This document shows, one piece after another, positions 20,089 through 29,674 of a stretch of DNA of 44,497 nucleotides (the first letter of the stretch is position 1; the number at the start of each line of letters is the position of its first letter). Below the pieces are notes generated by a model, which worked only from the letters and a program-made list of their open reading frames with translations, made no database searches and was not told the DNA's origin. Position numbers and translations under genes: made by a program. The stretch is from an uncultured Alloprevotella sp. (GTDB lineage: Bacteria; Bacteroidota; Bacteroidia; Bacteroidales; Bacteroidaceae), in contig CAUSYJ010000001.1 in the NCBI GenBank assembly GCA_963535845.1, positions 1 through 44,497 of the forward strand. Reading direction: 5' to 3'.

Positions 20089-20658
20089 TTAATAGTTGAC
20101 AATGCCCTTGAGGTGCTTTTCCACATCGGGGTGAAGCGTTGCGCCGTGCGTTGTACCCATTACCCACGCGTCCGTGTCGAGGTTGTCGTTTTGCACGACG
20201 GGACGACCCCTACCCGAAAGAGAAAGGGGAATGTGTTTCAATTCCGCGTCGTTGCCCGTTGTTTCGGCTTTCGCTTCGGCGACAACCGAGAGCACCGGGA
20301 TTACTCCGATAGCGGCCGAAAGCGTCAACGTGTCGGCGGCTTTCTGCGAGGTGTCGATCTTCGTAATCTTCGACGCTTTGCCGCCTACGCTGAGGAGGAG
20401 CACGTCGTCGACCTTGAAGTGGTGGCCTTTCTGCACCTTTACCTCCGTTTCCGTCGCCTCCACCTTTGCCGTTACGACGGCCTGTTTCACGACGTGGCAA
20501 ATGCCGTTGTCGGGGGCACTGAGGGGCGTACCTTCAAAAAGGTAGTCGCCGCCGAGTTCCGAGGTCTTGACGGATACGCCGCCGGGAATGTCGGCGACTT
20601 TGTGCTCAAAGACACGAGGCACCGCCTGGTCTTTGCGCCGTTTTACTGTCATACCCAT
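20089..20658 (-). CDS. Head decoration-like protein
   Basis: Between scaffold and capsid; ADIPGGV....LFEGTPL motif. Confidence 0.65.
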   Translation of the reverse strand: MGMTVKRRKDQAVPRVFEHKVADIPGGVSVKTSELGGDYLFEGTPLSAPDNGICHVVKQAVVTAKVEATETEVKVQKGHHFKVDDVLLLSVGGKASKITKIDTSQKAADTLTLSAAIGVIPVLSVVAEAKAETTGNDAELKHIPLSLSGRGRPVVQNDNLDTDAWVMGTTHGATLHPDVEKHLKGIVNY

Positions 20659-20701
20659 TTTGGTCTAGTTTTTTGTGTGTTCTGTGAGGGGGGGGGGGTT
20701 G

Positions 20702-21379
20702 TTAGAACGGTTGAGCGTCTTTCGACGGTGCGCCGTCCCGGTGGGTGATCGATTCCAGCTGCGCCTTGGTGAGTTCTTGAGCGTCCTTGATTTCTCCGCC
20801 CAAAGGACGGGCAAAGACAAGTCCGCTTTGTTTGAGATTGTCGACGATTCCCCCAACTTCGGTCTTCACGTCTTCAAGCGTCGTTTTGAACTCCTCGTCC
20901 GAAAGGCCGTCGAGCTTCATACGGGCGTAGGGCTTTTGCAGATGTTCGGGGAGCTGTTCGACGACGGCCGAGAGCTGGCGCTTGCGATCGTTCGTGATTC
21001 GCTCCGTACTCATCGCCGCGAGTTGCTGCTGCAACTTTGCGTTGTTTTCGACGAGTGTCTTAGCCCATTGCGGCATGTCTTCGGGGTCTTTGTTGCCGTG
21101 CGGTTCCGTAGGCTCGTTCTGTTCGGACGGCTCGATCGATTTTCCGTCCTTCAATCCGTGTTTCCGTTCGTAGTTGGCGACGGCGGTTTTCTGAGCATCG
21201 GTTGCGCGGCGGTCGCCTTCGGCATCGATGATTTGCTGAATCGTGATCGCCTCCACGGAGTCTTTCACTTCTTCGGCGGTGGTGGCAGTCTTCGCGATAT
21301 TCTTCGCTATCCTGTCGAGTACTTTTTCGTTGATCCCCTCGAAACGGGTCTTCAACGCGTCAAAAGCTACTTTGTGCAT
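20702..21379 (-). CDS. Capsid scaffolding protein
   Basis: Helical; EGDRRATDA..TAVANYE.K and DMPQWAK motifs; ATG 21379 downstream of a promoter. Confidence 0.7.
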   Translation of the reverse strand: MHKVAFDALKTRFEGINEKVLDRIAKNIAKTATTAEEVKDSVEAITIQQIIDAEGDRRATDAQKTAVANYERKHGLKDGKSIEPSEQNEPTEPHGNKDPEDMPQWAKTLVENNAKLQQQLAAMSTERITNDRKRQLSAVVEQLPEHLQKPYARMKLDGLSDEEFKTTLEDVKTEVGGIVDNLKQSGLVFARPLGGEIKDAQELTKAQLESITHRDGAPSKDAQPF

Positions 21380-21404
21380 TCTATTTATAGTCTTTGTGTC
21401 GATA

Positions 21405-21412
21405 CAAAGGTA
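21405..21412 (-). promoter_or_regulatory. -7 box of the scaffold/capsid promoter
   Basis: TACCTTTG on the minus strand about 26 nt upstream of the ATG. Confidence 0.55.
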
Positions 21413-21550
21413 ATAATTTCCTCCCATATCACCGCTATATAAAGAGAGGCAGTATTCCGCTCAGAGACGTTGGAAGCGCGTAAAGCGTTTTTTTCCGAGC
21501 GAGGGTGTCGTTTTAACGCTCAAAAAGAGCGGGAAACGGGGAGAATATGC

Positions 21551-21558
21551 TATTTTTG
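21551..21558 (+). promoter_or_regulatory. -7 box for the candidate immunity gene
   Basis: TATTTTTG about 21 nt upstream of ATG 21580. Confidence 0.5.
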
Positions 21559-21579
21559 AAGACTAAAACTCATTCTACG

Positions 21580-21909
21580 ATGACAAAAGAAGAACGACTC
21601 AAGCAATGTAGATACTACAAAGGGGAGGAAGAGTTCCCAGGCGAGCTCGGATGCGAAGCTTTTGGATTTTGGATTGGCGAAAAAGACTTCGTCGAGAATT
21701 ACGGACAAGATACGGAAGAACTCCTGCGTCTGATTGAAAATGTCGGACTTACGAACTTCAAATCAGCATGGGAAAATAAGGCTTCGGATGAGCTTATCGC
21801 ACATCTATTCTGTTACCTTACGAAATCCCGAGATTGTGGCGACGAGTACGTCATTAAAGGATTTGTCAAGAGATCCCTTCCCCTTTATTTCGGTTCGACT
21901 TCTATATAA
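21580..21909 (+). CDS. Small protein, candidate immunity protein for the MuF-ART toxin
   Basis: Only plausible plus-strand gene within the late operon; low GC; convergent and overlapping the toxin-domain 3' end; CRYYKGEEE motif. Confidence 0.6.
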   Translation: MTKEERLKQCRYYKGEEEFPGELGCEAFGFWIGEKDFVENYGQDTEELLRLIENVGLTNFKSAWENKASDELIAHLFCYLTKSRDCGDEYVIKGFVKRSLPLYFGSTSI

Positions 21910-24347
21910 ATATACCCACCACGTTCTCGCATACGAAGGAAACGATATCTGTTCCGTTGTGAGGAAAGCACTTCGTACTCGCCCTTAAAGCGCGACAAAT
22001 AACGCAGACTTGTCGCGTTTTTTTGCGTCTTCGCGACCAAAATGACCTTTTGGGTTTTAAGCTCATACGGTGTAATCTCGTCGTGATACCCAACTCCGGC
22101 AAAGTACGTTGATGTTTCCTTATTCGTACTCCACGACGATGCGCCTAACATTCCTGCACCTTCTTCACTTGTTAGTTTATCAATGAGATCACCCAGTTGT
22201 TTCTTACTGAGACACATTCCGCGATAGGTGGTTCCGCCATCCCATTTCGGGCTTCTATCGATCCACTCTTCAAGATCTTCGGCTCGTTTCTTGATCTCTT
22301 CGTAAGAATGCCCGTGTCTTGAAACAAAAGTGTGGTCTAATAATCCGCTTTGGTATCTTCTAATCTCATAATCCCATTGATACGAGAAACCATAAGCAGC
22401 GTTGTAGAAGTCGTCTATCTTCTGCTTGTCGTAAACTCCCGTTAACTCACTTATCTTCGCTTTCTTAGATTCTTCTGTAGACGAATCCAAGTAGACATGT
22501 CCCTTCTGCGGTGTGTTGTTTACAGTCCACGTTCCCAACGAAGATTTAGAGGTTTGTTTCTTCTTCTCGAGTTCCGCGCGCTTCTTTTCCGCGATTTCGA
22601 TCGCTTCTTTCGCCTTCTCAATGTTCCCCATATCTTGTGCCGCCTTCGCGTCTGCGATGGCCTGCTTGAAGATCGGGGACTTCGTTTTGAACGACGAAAG
22701 CCCCTCGATTTGATCGTCGACCTTCTGCCATTCAATCTTTTCGAGCACCGCAGCGTGTTGAGCCTTGTACGCGCTTTCGGCAACCTGCCATGTCGAATAC
22801 TTCTTATTGTCGGCAACCCATTGCACTTCGTACTTCAACTTGCTGGCCTGCGCCTCCAGCGGCAAGCCCTCAAAGGTCGCGAGCTTCTTTTGCACCGCCG
22901 CGTGCGTGCTTTTCAGTTCCTCGAGAGTGAACTCCTTGTGCCACTTATGCGCATCGGGAATCAGGTCGGAGAGTTCGTCTTCGGCCTTCTTCATTTCCTC
23001 GATCGCGCTTTGCAACTTCGTCGTCTCCGCTTTGATTTTCGCGATTTGTCCCGACTCGACGGCCTGCGCCAAGTCCGACGCGTCGATTTCCCCGAAGTCG
23101 GCGGCAGTTTTGAGTGTTTCGGCAGCCGCCCCTTTCACCTCGGCGTGTTCCTTCGCACGCGCCGCCCAGCGTTCGCGAATCGCGTCCTCCTCTTCCTTTG
23201 TACGCTTTGCATGGCGCTCTTCGGCAATTTCGAGGAGCGTCTTTTTCTTCGGCGCAAACACGCTGCCGACCAGCGACTCGTTGTCCTTGATGAAATACGG
23301 GAGCGAGCCGCGCGCCGTCGCCGCATCGATGCGCCCCTTGTTTTCCTGCAGCCACGATTTGAACTCGTCGGGCAATTCGTTCACCTCGTTCTCGCTCCCC
23401 TCCGTAGGCTCTTCGCCGTTGAGAATGCGCCCCGTGTCCGCGTCGAACTCCTCCTCCGTCTTCAAGATCGGCGTGACGAAACAACGACAATGCGGATGCC
23501 AACCCGTGAACTTGAACGTCTTCGGGTATTTCCCCTTCAGATCGTCGCAAATATCGTGGAAGCGGTGCGGCTTGCCGTCCACGCCGAGGCACGTGTGGTT
23601 CTCTGAAAGGTTGATCTCCACCCCGACCACGAAATCCAACTCTTGCATGCGCAGATGATCGGCCGTGCGATAGGCGATGTTCACCTCCGTGCCCGCCAGG
23701 CGACGTGCATTTTTGTAGGCCGAACGATACACGCCCCGCCCGGGGTGGTAGGCCTTTGCCCGCTCCGAGAGGTGAAGCACGCCGTGCTCGTCGCGAACAC
23801 GCCGAAAAAGTGCGTCGGGGTTGCGAAGATATGCCCGGAGGGTGCGGCTCATTTCGACGGCCGAAACGCCGTCGCGCAGCCCGAGATCGAGCCCCATTTC
23901 GAGTTCTTCCTTGAATTGCTCGGTGAGGTTCCACACCCGCTCCGAGAGATTCATCCCGCGTTCGCGCCGAGCGAGGAACGCCGTGCACGCCCCCGCGTTG
24001 GTCGAGAAATAGCGGGCTCGGCGCTCCGGGCTCAGATGCTTTGCCGCCGACCCGAGCACAGAACGCACCAGCAGGTCGTTCTTCGCGTTCGCCAAATCCC
24101 ATTCCGTGCGCACCCCGTCGGCTACGGTCGTCGAGAGCGCGCCGTGAAGTTCGAGCATCAGTTTCTTTGCACGATTGCGCAGATAGGGATACTTGTCGAA
24201 GGCGAACACCTCTTCGGGTGAAAAATCGTCGACGCTCTCCGACAAGAGCGCCACGCGGGCGGCGGCCTCGTCGAAGAGCTTTCCGATGCGTTTCTCCAGC
24301 CGGAGAATGTTGCGGAGGTGCTGTTGCTCGTAAGTAAGTCTCGGCAT
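21885..24347 (-). CDS. Minor head (MuF/SPP1 gp7-like) protein with C-terminal ADP-ribosyltransferase-like domain
   Basis: ARRLAGTEVNIAYR, C..L.G.YP, WHPHCRC (MuF); C-terminal YRG...SSWS...EYEVL (R-S-E ART triad). Confidence 0.85.
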   Translation of the reverse strand: MPRLTYEQQHLRNILRLEKRIGKLFDEAAARVALLSESVDDFSPEEVFAFDKYPYLRNRAKKLMLELHGALSTTVADGVRTEWDLANAKNDLLVRSVLGSAAKHLSPERRARYFSTNAGACTAFLARRERGMNLSERVWNLTEQFKEELEMGLDLGLRDGVSAVEMSRTLRAYLRNPDALFRRVRDEHGVLHLSERAKAYHPGRGVYRSAYKNARRLAGTEVNIAYRTADHLRMQELDFVVGVEINLSENHTCLGVDGKPHRFHDICDDLKGKYPKTFKFTGWHPHCRCFVTPILKTEEEFDADTGRILNGEEPTEGSENEVNELPDEFKSWLQENKGRIDAATARGSLPYFIKDNESLVGSVFAPKKKTLLEIAEERHAKRTKEEEDAIRERWAARAKEHAEVKGAAAETLKTAADFGEIDASDLAQAVESGQIAKIKAETTKLQSAIEEMKKAEDELSDLIPDAHKWHKEFTLEELKSTHAAVQKKLATFEGLPLEAQASKLKYEVQWVADNKKYSTWQVAESAYKAQHAAVLEKIEWQKVDDQIEGLSSFKTKSPIFKQAIADAKAAQDMGNIEKAKEAIEIAEKKRAELEKKKQTSKSSLGTWTVNNTPQKGHVYLDSSTEESKKAKISELTGVYDKQKIDDFYNAAYGFSYQWDYEIRRYQSGLLDHTFVSRHGHSYEEIKKRAEDLEEWIDRSPKWDGGTTYRGMCLSKKQLGDLIDKLTSEEGAGMLGASSWSTNKETSTYFAGVGYHDEITPYELKTQKVILVAKTQKNATSLRYLSRFKGEYEVLSSQRNRYRFLRMRERGGYIYIEVEPK

Positions 24348-24359
24348 TGGTTTCTGAGG

Positions 24360-25748
24360 TTAGAATCCCGATTCGGGTTGCAGCACGTCGACGGCATTTT
24401 CGGCGGCGATTTCGGCCATTGTCTTGTCGATGTCCTTGCTGTGGCCGTAGAGTTCCACGCTTTCGCGTTGCGAGATGATCGCCTTTCCGCCGTTGGCTGC
24501 AACAAGGTTCTTGATCGTGTCGCCTTCGTCTTCGATCGAAAACGGGGTGATGATTTGTTCCACCGCCAGCGAATCGACGGCATCCGCATAGCCCGAGCCC
24601 AAAATCACCCGAGCGAAGGCCTTTATCACGTTCATCTCCCGGTCGAAGAACTCAATCAAACGCCCGCTCTCGTCTTTCACCTTGAGCTGTGCGTCGATGA
24701 ACATTTGCTTGCGGCTCTCACCCGAGAGGGCTTGTTGGCTCATCTTCTCGTAGCTCCAGTCGGGGAGCTGCAATTGAGTGAAGAAGAGCGAGCGGAGTTC
24801 TTCGATGTAGAATTTGAGATTGTCGACGGCTTGCGGCCAGGTGACATATTGCGCCGCGCTCCCCTTCGGGAATTGCATCACGCTGAGCGCGTCTTTGTCC
24901 GAGCTGTCGCCGAACGGGATTTGCTCGTCGGCAAAGACGGCGAAGACGGGTTTCGAGTTGCGGCGCAGATAATTGCCGTTGCGCGAAAGCGCCCACTCCA
25001 TCTCGTAGACCGTGTTCGACGTTTCCTCCCATACGGGGGTCGGGCGATACATATAGACGGCGGGAATCTTCCCGAGGGTGATTTTCTCGTTGCGCTCCTC
25101 CTTCCATCCGCCCGTCGACGTGCTCCAGCAAATGTGCCGGTCGGCCGTGTAGGTGTCGAAATAGCGAACGTCGTTGCCCCGAATTCGGCGGGTGTAGGCC
25201 ACGCTCATTGCAATCATGTCGCCGTATTCGTCGAAAAGCGGATACAGATCATCACCCGACGACGGGGCGAAGTTGCGGGCGCGAAGCTTGTAGGGGCTAT
25301 GCACCCCGTAGACGTTGTTCGGTTCCTCGATGGCATACCAAAGCGTGAGCACTTCGCAGCAAGAGAAGAGGAGATTGCAGCGTTCGATGTTCAAAGAGTC
25401 GATGCGGTTGCGTTCGTAGACCGATTCGAGGAACGCCGCCACCTCGGCCTCCCGGTCGTTCGTCGGTTTGTACACGCGTTTCACGGGGATGCCGCAAATG
25501 AGTTCGGCCATACGGCGGACGGCGAGACGCTGAAAGTCGAGCATGATGCGCGTAACGGGCTGCACCCCCTCACTTGTCATCGCATCGCGATAAATTGCTT
25601 TGTCGGCCACGGGGTGAAGTGAGGGGTCGTAGGCGTTGATCAGCCCCGACGGCCCTCGCCACGGGGGAATGTTGAGATGTTTTTCACATAGAGCGGTGAT
25701 CTTCTCGTCTGCCGTGAGCGAGGAGTCCAAGATGTCGCGTATATCCAT
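24360..25748 (-). CDS. Portal protein (SPP1 gp6-like)
   Basis: Follows terL; LYPLFDEYGDMIA, LGKIPAVY and LSGESRK motifs; ATG start chosen at 25748. Confidence 0.9.
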   Translation of the reverse strand: MDIRDILDSSLTADEKITALCEKHLNIPPWRGPSGLINAYDPSLHPVADKAIYRDAMTSEGVQPVTRIMLDFQRLAVRRMAELICGIPVKRVYKPTNDREAEVAAFLESVYERNRIDSLNIERCNLLFSCCEVLTLWYAIEEPNNVYGVHSPYKLRARNFAPSSGDDLYPLFDEYGDMIAMSVAYTRRIRGNDVRYFDTYTADRHICWSTSTGGWKEERNEKITLGKIPAVYMYRPTPVWEETSNTVYEMEWALSRNGNYLRRNSKPVFAVFADEQIPFGDSSDKDALSVMQFPKGSAAQYVTWPQAVDNLKFYIEELRSLFFTQLQLPDWSYEKMSQQALSGESRKQMFIDAQLKVKDESGRLIEFFDREMNVIKAFARVILGSGYADAVDSLAVEQIITPFSIEDEGDTIKNLVAANGGKAIISQRESVELYGHSKDIDKTMAEIAAENAVDVLQPESGF

Positions 25749-25838
25749 AGCGGTGAGCTTTTCGATTAATGGGGGCATTTCCGTCGAAACGTCCCGCCTT
25801 TTAGGCAAAACGTCCCGAGTTTCCGATAAAAACGGAGT

Positions 25839-25922
25839 GGCCGCGGGTGGATTCGAACCACCTCGGGAGAAAAATCTCCATAAAACTCCCTACCCCGGTG
25901 AACGGGCGTGCGTTCCGCGGCC
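25839..25922 (-). ncRNA. tRNA-like element A1 (7+5 bp)
   Basis: Acceptor GGCCGCG/CGCGGCC, T-arm GGTGG TTCGAAT CCACC, GGGAG/CTCCC arm with a 16-nt loop. Confidence 0.75.
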
Positions 25923-25926
25923 GTGT

Positions 25927-25959
25927 GGCTGCGCCGACTCTCACGAGCGGGCGGCAGCC
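25927..25959 (-). ncRNA. Conserved GUGA-loop hairpin H1 of the array
   Basis: GGCTGC..GCTCGTGAGAGTCGG..GCAGCC; homologous to 39449-39481. Confidence 0.6.
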
Positions 25960-25999
25960 GGTAACATTTCAATTAGATACCATGAAGAAACCATTTTGT

Positions 26000-26101
26000 G
26001 GCACGGCGGGGAGTCGAACCCCGCGGCGGTCTTGTACAGATGAGAGCATAGACAAATACAAGGCGTTAATGTGATGATGTCGCCCTCTTCCCTGGCGTGC
26101 C
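26000..26101 (-). ncRNA. tRNA-like element B1 (6+6 bp)
   Basis: GGCACG/CGTGCC, CCAGGGAAGAG linker, T-arm GCGGGG TTCGACT CCCCGC. Confidence 0.75.
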
Positions 26102-26187
26102 GAGTTTCCCGCCCGCGTCATCACGACGAAGGGGGAATTCGTAAAGCAAATTACATACAAATCAAAACATAGTCGTATTTCAAAGCG

Positions 26188-27648
26188 TCACCCGTTGATT
26201 TTTCGGGCTATGTCCGCGAGGTCGATAGCGCGGCCGGAGCGTCCGAGATGATAATCGATGGCGTAGCACAACACGTCCACGAATTCATCGTGAGGCTTCG
26301 ACGGGAAACCGCACACCTCGTCGATGAAGGCTTCGCACCACGCCCCGTCTACTAGTATCACCCGCCCGCATTCCACCGACGGCGAGGCGGCATTTAGGCG
26401 CGTTTCTTTGCTCTCCTTCGGAGTCGGCGTCTTCGTAACGTTCAATCCCGTAACGTCTCGCAGCTGATCGATCACGGAAAGGCCGTTTGCCTTCGGCTCG
26501 ATGCGAATGGAACTCCGCGACGTGTAGCCGTGCGTCTCCACATAGGAGGGGATAAAGCGCAGGAGGTCGGGGAACTTCATGTGCACCTTTTGGCCGTGGG
26601 TGATGTAGAGGTCGTTGCCCACTTTGCAGGTGGCGATGATGCCCGTCGGGTCGTTCGTCGTCTTGTCCGTGTAGGCCGTGTCGATAAAGAAAACCGGGGC
26701 GTCTTTCTTCGCGATGCGCGCAAAATCGGCTTGCGAGATCGTGCCGAACCATTCGCGCTTGATGATGTTGCCGCCTTCGACCGAGGGGCGCTGCTGATAG
26801 AGCGCGGCAAAGGGGCGAGGGGCGCGCTTCTCGGCTTCGCGCAGACGCTCGACGCTGTGCTTCTCCTCCCACAGTGCTTCGCCGATTTCTCGCGGGTCGT
26901 CGGCGAAATCCTTGTCTTCGCGAATGGCGGGAATGCGGATCACCGTCCACTTCTCGGGCTCGGTGCGCAGCAAACGCCCCGCGAGGTCGTCTTCGTGCCA
27001 GCGCGTCATAATCAGACACTGCTTCGAATTGTTGTGCAGACGGGTGAGAAAAACGTCGGTGTACCACTCCCACACGCGGTCGCGATACGTCTGCGACGCG
27101 GCTTCGAGTGCGTCTTTCACGGGGTCGTCGATGATGCCGAGATCAACGGGCGTACCCGTCAAACCGCCGCCCACACCGACGGCGCGATAAAAGCCCCCGT
27201 GCCCGACGGTCTCGAAGATGTCGATGTTGCGCAGATAGCCGCGCCTTGCGTCGGTTGATACGTTTTGCGAATTGAGAAACGTGCAGGGGAACACCTCCTT
27301 GTATTCGGGGCTGTCGATCGTGCGCTGTATCGAACGCGAAAAGCCTTGTGCGAGGTTTGCCGCATAGGACGTGCCCACGATTTTCAGCTTCGGATTGTAG
27401 CCCAAAGCCCACGCGGGGAACTTGCGCGATACGATCTCCGACTTCCCATGCTGCGGTGGGACGAAGACCATAAGGCGGTCGGTCGCGAGTCTTCCGAGCA
27501 GGAGGCCTTGGCATTTCTCGGCAATGAGCGTGTGAAACCATTGTCGCGAGTAATTTGGGTCGGTGTAGTCGAGGAAATGGGGAAAAGACTGCACAGCCTT
27601 TCGCCGCAGGACTTCGCGCTCGAGTTCGTGTAGTCTTTCTTCATTCAT
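26188..27648 (-). CDS. terL: Terminase large subunit
   Basis: Walker A PPQHGKS, Walker B IIDDP, MTRWH, C-terminal HDEFVD nuclease motif. Confidence 0.95.
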   Translation of the reverse strand: MNEERLHELEREVLRRKAVQSFPHFLDYTDPNYSRQWFHTLIAEKCQGLLLGRLATDRLMVFVPPQHGKSEIVSRKFPAWALGYNPKLKIVGTSYAANLAQGFSRSIQRTIDSPEYKEVFPCTFLNSQNVSTDARRGYLRNIDIFETVGHGGFYRAVGVGGGLTGTPVDLGIIDDPVKDALEAASQTYRDRVWEWYTDVFLTRLHNNSKQCLIMTRWHEDDLAGRLLRTEPEKWTVIRIPAIREDKDFADDPREIGEALWEEKHSVERLREAEKRAPRPFAALYQQRPSVEGGNIIKREWFGTISQADFARIAKKDAPVFFIDTAYTDKTTNDPTGIIATCKVGNDLYITHGQKVHMKFPDLLRFIPSYVETHGYTSRSSIRIEPKANGLSVIDQLRDVTGLNVTKTPTPKESKETRLNAASPSVECGRVILVDGAWCEAFIDEVCGFPSKPHDEFVDVLCYAIDYHLGRSGRAIDLADIARKING

Positions 27649-27649
27649 T

Positions 27650-28228
27650 TTATCGCTCGAGTTTGAGTGCGGCGATTTCGGCTTCGAGTTCCTCGGTGGA
27701 CATTTCGCACGGCGGACGATGCACGGTCACTTCGCCTTTGACTTGTCGCGCTTCGGGGGCGTACAAGCCGAGGAGTTTTCGGCGTTCGATGAGTTGCTGT
27801 CGAATTTCGGCGATGTAGGCAGGGTTTCCGAGTCCTCCGACGTTGGTTCGACTTTCTGAAACGGCGTCGGTTTCGATGCCTGCGTTCCCTTTCCCTTTGA
27901 TTCGTCCGCTTCGTGTGGTGGTGGTCTTTTGTGCTTCTTCTTTCGACTTGTCCCACTGTTCCCAGAGTTCGGCCGTGGTGTCGTCGATGCGTTCGAGTTC
28001 GAGTTGCAGTGCTTGGTCGATGTTTTCGATACGGCTTTCTCTCCACTCTTTGAGCAGCGTCTGCACGTCGTTGTATGTAGTCGATACGGCGAGCTTCGGA
28101 ATGTTGAGTCGTCGTTTCACCTCTTCTGTTATTTTTCGCAGGCTGTATCCTCGTTTGTATAGTTCTGCTATGATGTCGAGCCGTGCGGTTTTAAGTTGCC
28201 GCCTTCGGCGGTCTTGGGGTAAGCTCAT
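27650..28228 (-). CDS. Terminase small subunit (HTH)
   Basis: Directly upstream of terL; N-terminal HTH ELYKRGYSLRKI; RRKLLGLYAPE motif. Confidence 0.8.
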   Translation of the reverse strand: MSLPQDRRRRQLKTARLDIIAELYKRGYSLRKITEEVKRRLNIPKLAVSTTYNDVQTLLKEWRESRIENIDQALQLELERIDDTTAELWEQWDKSKEEAQKTTTTRSGRIKGKGNAGIETDAVSESRTNVGGLGNPAYIAEIRQQLIERRKLLGLYAPEARQVKGEVTVHRPPCEMSTEELEAEIAALKLER

Positions 28229-28322
28229 AGTTTCGTGTTTATGGTTCTGTGTGATTTATGGGGCTCAGTCGTCGTCTTCGACGGCATTTCTGTTAGTTCC
28301 ATAGTTCTGTGTTGTGTTCCGA

Positions 28323-28330
28323 CAAAGATA
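28323..28330 (-). promoter_or_regulatory. -7 box of the packaging/late promoter
   Basis: TATCTTTG on the minus strand in the thyA-terS gap. Confidence 0.6.
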
Positions 28331-28383
28331 CAAAAAAACTTTCATCTGTGACACTCAGCGTCAATTTGGTATACAAACGCGCA

Positions 28384-28416
28384 AAGCGTTGCCCCCGAAA
28401 TGAGGGGCAAACGCTT
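28384..28416 (-). terminator. Hairpin after thyA
   Basis: AAGCGTT-GCCCC...GGGGC-AAACGCTT immediately after the stop; weak U tail. Confidence 0.5.
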
Positions 28417-28417
28417 G

Positions 28418-29212
28418 CTAAACTGATACTCTCGCCTTGATGTGTGGGTGGGGATTGTAGCCCTCGAGCGTAATGTCCTCGTAGTGGATGTCGTACAAAC
28501 TGCGCACTTCGGGGTTGAGTCGCAACGTGGGGCGAAAACGCGGTGTGCGGTGGCGTTGTAAGTTTGCTTGCTCGATGTGGTCGACATAAAGATGCGCGTC
28601 GCCGAGTGATATAATGAGATCGCCGACTTCGAGGTCGCAAACCTGCGCCACCATGTGCGTGAGGAGCGCGTAGGAGGCAATGTTGAAAGGCAAGCCGAGG
28701 AACACGTCGGCACTTCGCTGGTAGAGTTGCAACGAGAGGCGGCCTTCCGATACGTAGAACTGAAAAAGGAGGTGGCACGGAGGGAGCGCCATACGGTCGA
28801 GCGCTTCGACATTCCACGCGCTCACTACGAGTCGGCGGCTGTCGGGGTTCGTCTTGATTTCGCGCACAACGCGGTCGAGTTGGTCAATGTGTCCGCCGTT
28901 TGCGGTCGGCCACTTGCGCCACTGATAGCCGTAAATTTCGCCGAGGTCGCCGTTTTTGTCCGCCCATTCGTCCCAAATGTGCACGCCGTGCTCGTTTAGG
29001 TAGCTGATGTTCGTGTCTCCGCGAAGGAACCACAGCAACTCGTAGACAATGCTTTTGAAGTGTAGCTTCTTTGTGGTGAGCAATGGGAATCCGTTGGCGA
29101 GATTGAACCGCATTTGATAGCCGAACACGGAGCGAGTGCCCGTGCCGGTGCGATCGTTTTTCTGCACCCCGTTTGCTATGATGTGGTCGAGTAGGTCGAT
29201 GTATTGTTTCAT
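28418..29212 (-). CDS. thyA: Thymidylate synthase
   Basis: [46 protein letters not shown]; 264 aa. Confidence 0.97.
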   Translation of the reverse strand: MKQYIDLLDHIIANGVQKNDRTGTGTRSVFGYQMRFNLANGFPLLTTKKLHFKSIVYELLWFLRGDTNISYLNEHGVHIWDEWADKNGDLGEIYGYQWRKWPTANGGHIDQLDRVVREIKTNPDSRRLVVSAWNVEALDRMALPPCHLLFQFYVSEGRLSLQLYQRSADVFLGLPFNIASYALLTHMVAQVCDLEVGDLIISLGDAHLYVDHIEQANLQRHRTPRFRPTLRLNPEVRSLYDIHYEDITLEGYNPHPHIKARVSV

Positions 29213-29314
29213 TGTAACTATGATGTAACCAAGAAGCTCCCCGCGAACACGAACTTGCCGCATTCGCGGGGCTCTTCTGTGTGATTTCTATGTAACTGCG
29301 TCGTAACTGCGGGC

Positions 29315-29674
29315 TCATCGCTTATCGCCGTCCCCGATAATCACGCCGCGGTTTTGTCGGTCGGCGAGTTTGTCGAGATTGCGGCGCATAACCTCTTCGA
29401 GACTAACGCCGCAATGCTGCGCCAGCATTGCGACGAACCAAAGCACGTCTCCGAGTTCGTCCACGATGTTGTCCCTGAATTGGAAACAGTTCCCGCAGAC
29501 AAAGAAAATCTCGTTGTTGTTGATTTCGATTTCGCCGCGGCGCACGGCCTTTGCGATCTTGTCCGCCACTTCGCCCGCCTCAGCCATCAGGCCAAAACCA
29601 AGGTAGGCGATATTTTCAGCCGTGGACTTGGCGAGCGTGCGGTGGGCTTGTTGTTCGTATTCTGTTGCTGTCAT
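29315..29674 (-). CDS. MazG-like nucleoside triphosphate pyrophosphohydrolase
   Basis: GL.AEAGEVADKIAK..DELGDVLWF..N..KL.DR..RG.I.GDGD.R. Confidence 0.9.
   Translation of the reverse strand: MTATEYEQQAHRTLAKSTAENIAYLGFGLMAEAGEVADKIAKAVRRGEIEINNNEIFFVCGNCFQFRDNIVDELGDVLWFVAMLAQHCGVSLEEVMRRNLDKLADRQNRGVIIGDGDKR

Noticed and set aside
26188..29212. Introns or inteins in terL or thyA
   Set aside because: Both ORFs are uninterrupted and of normal length
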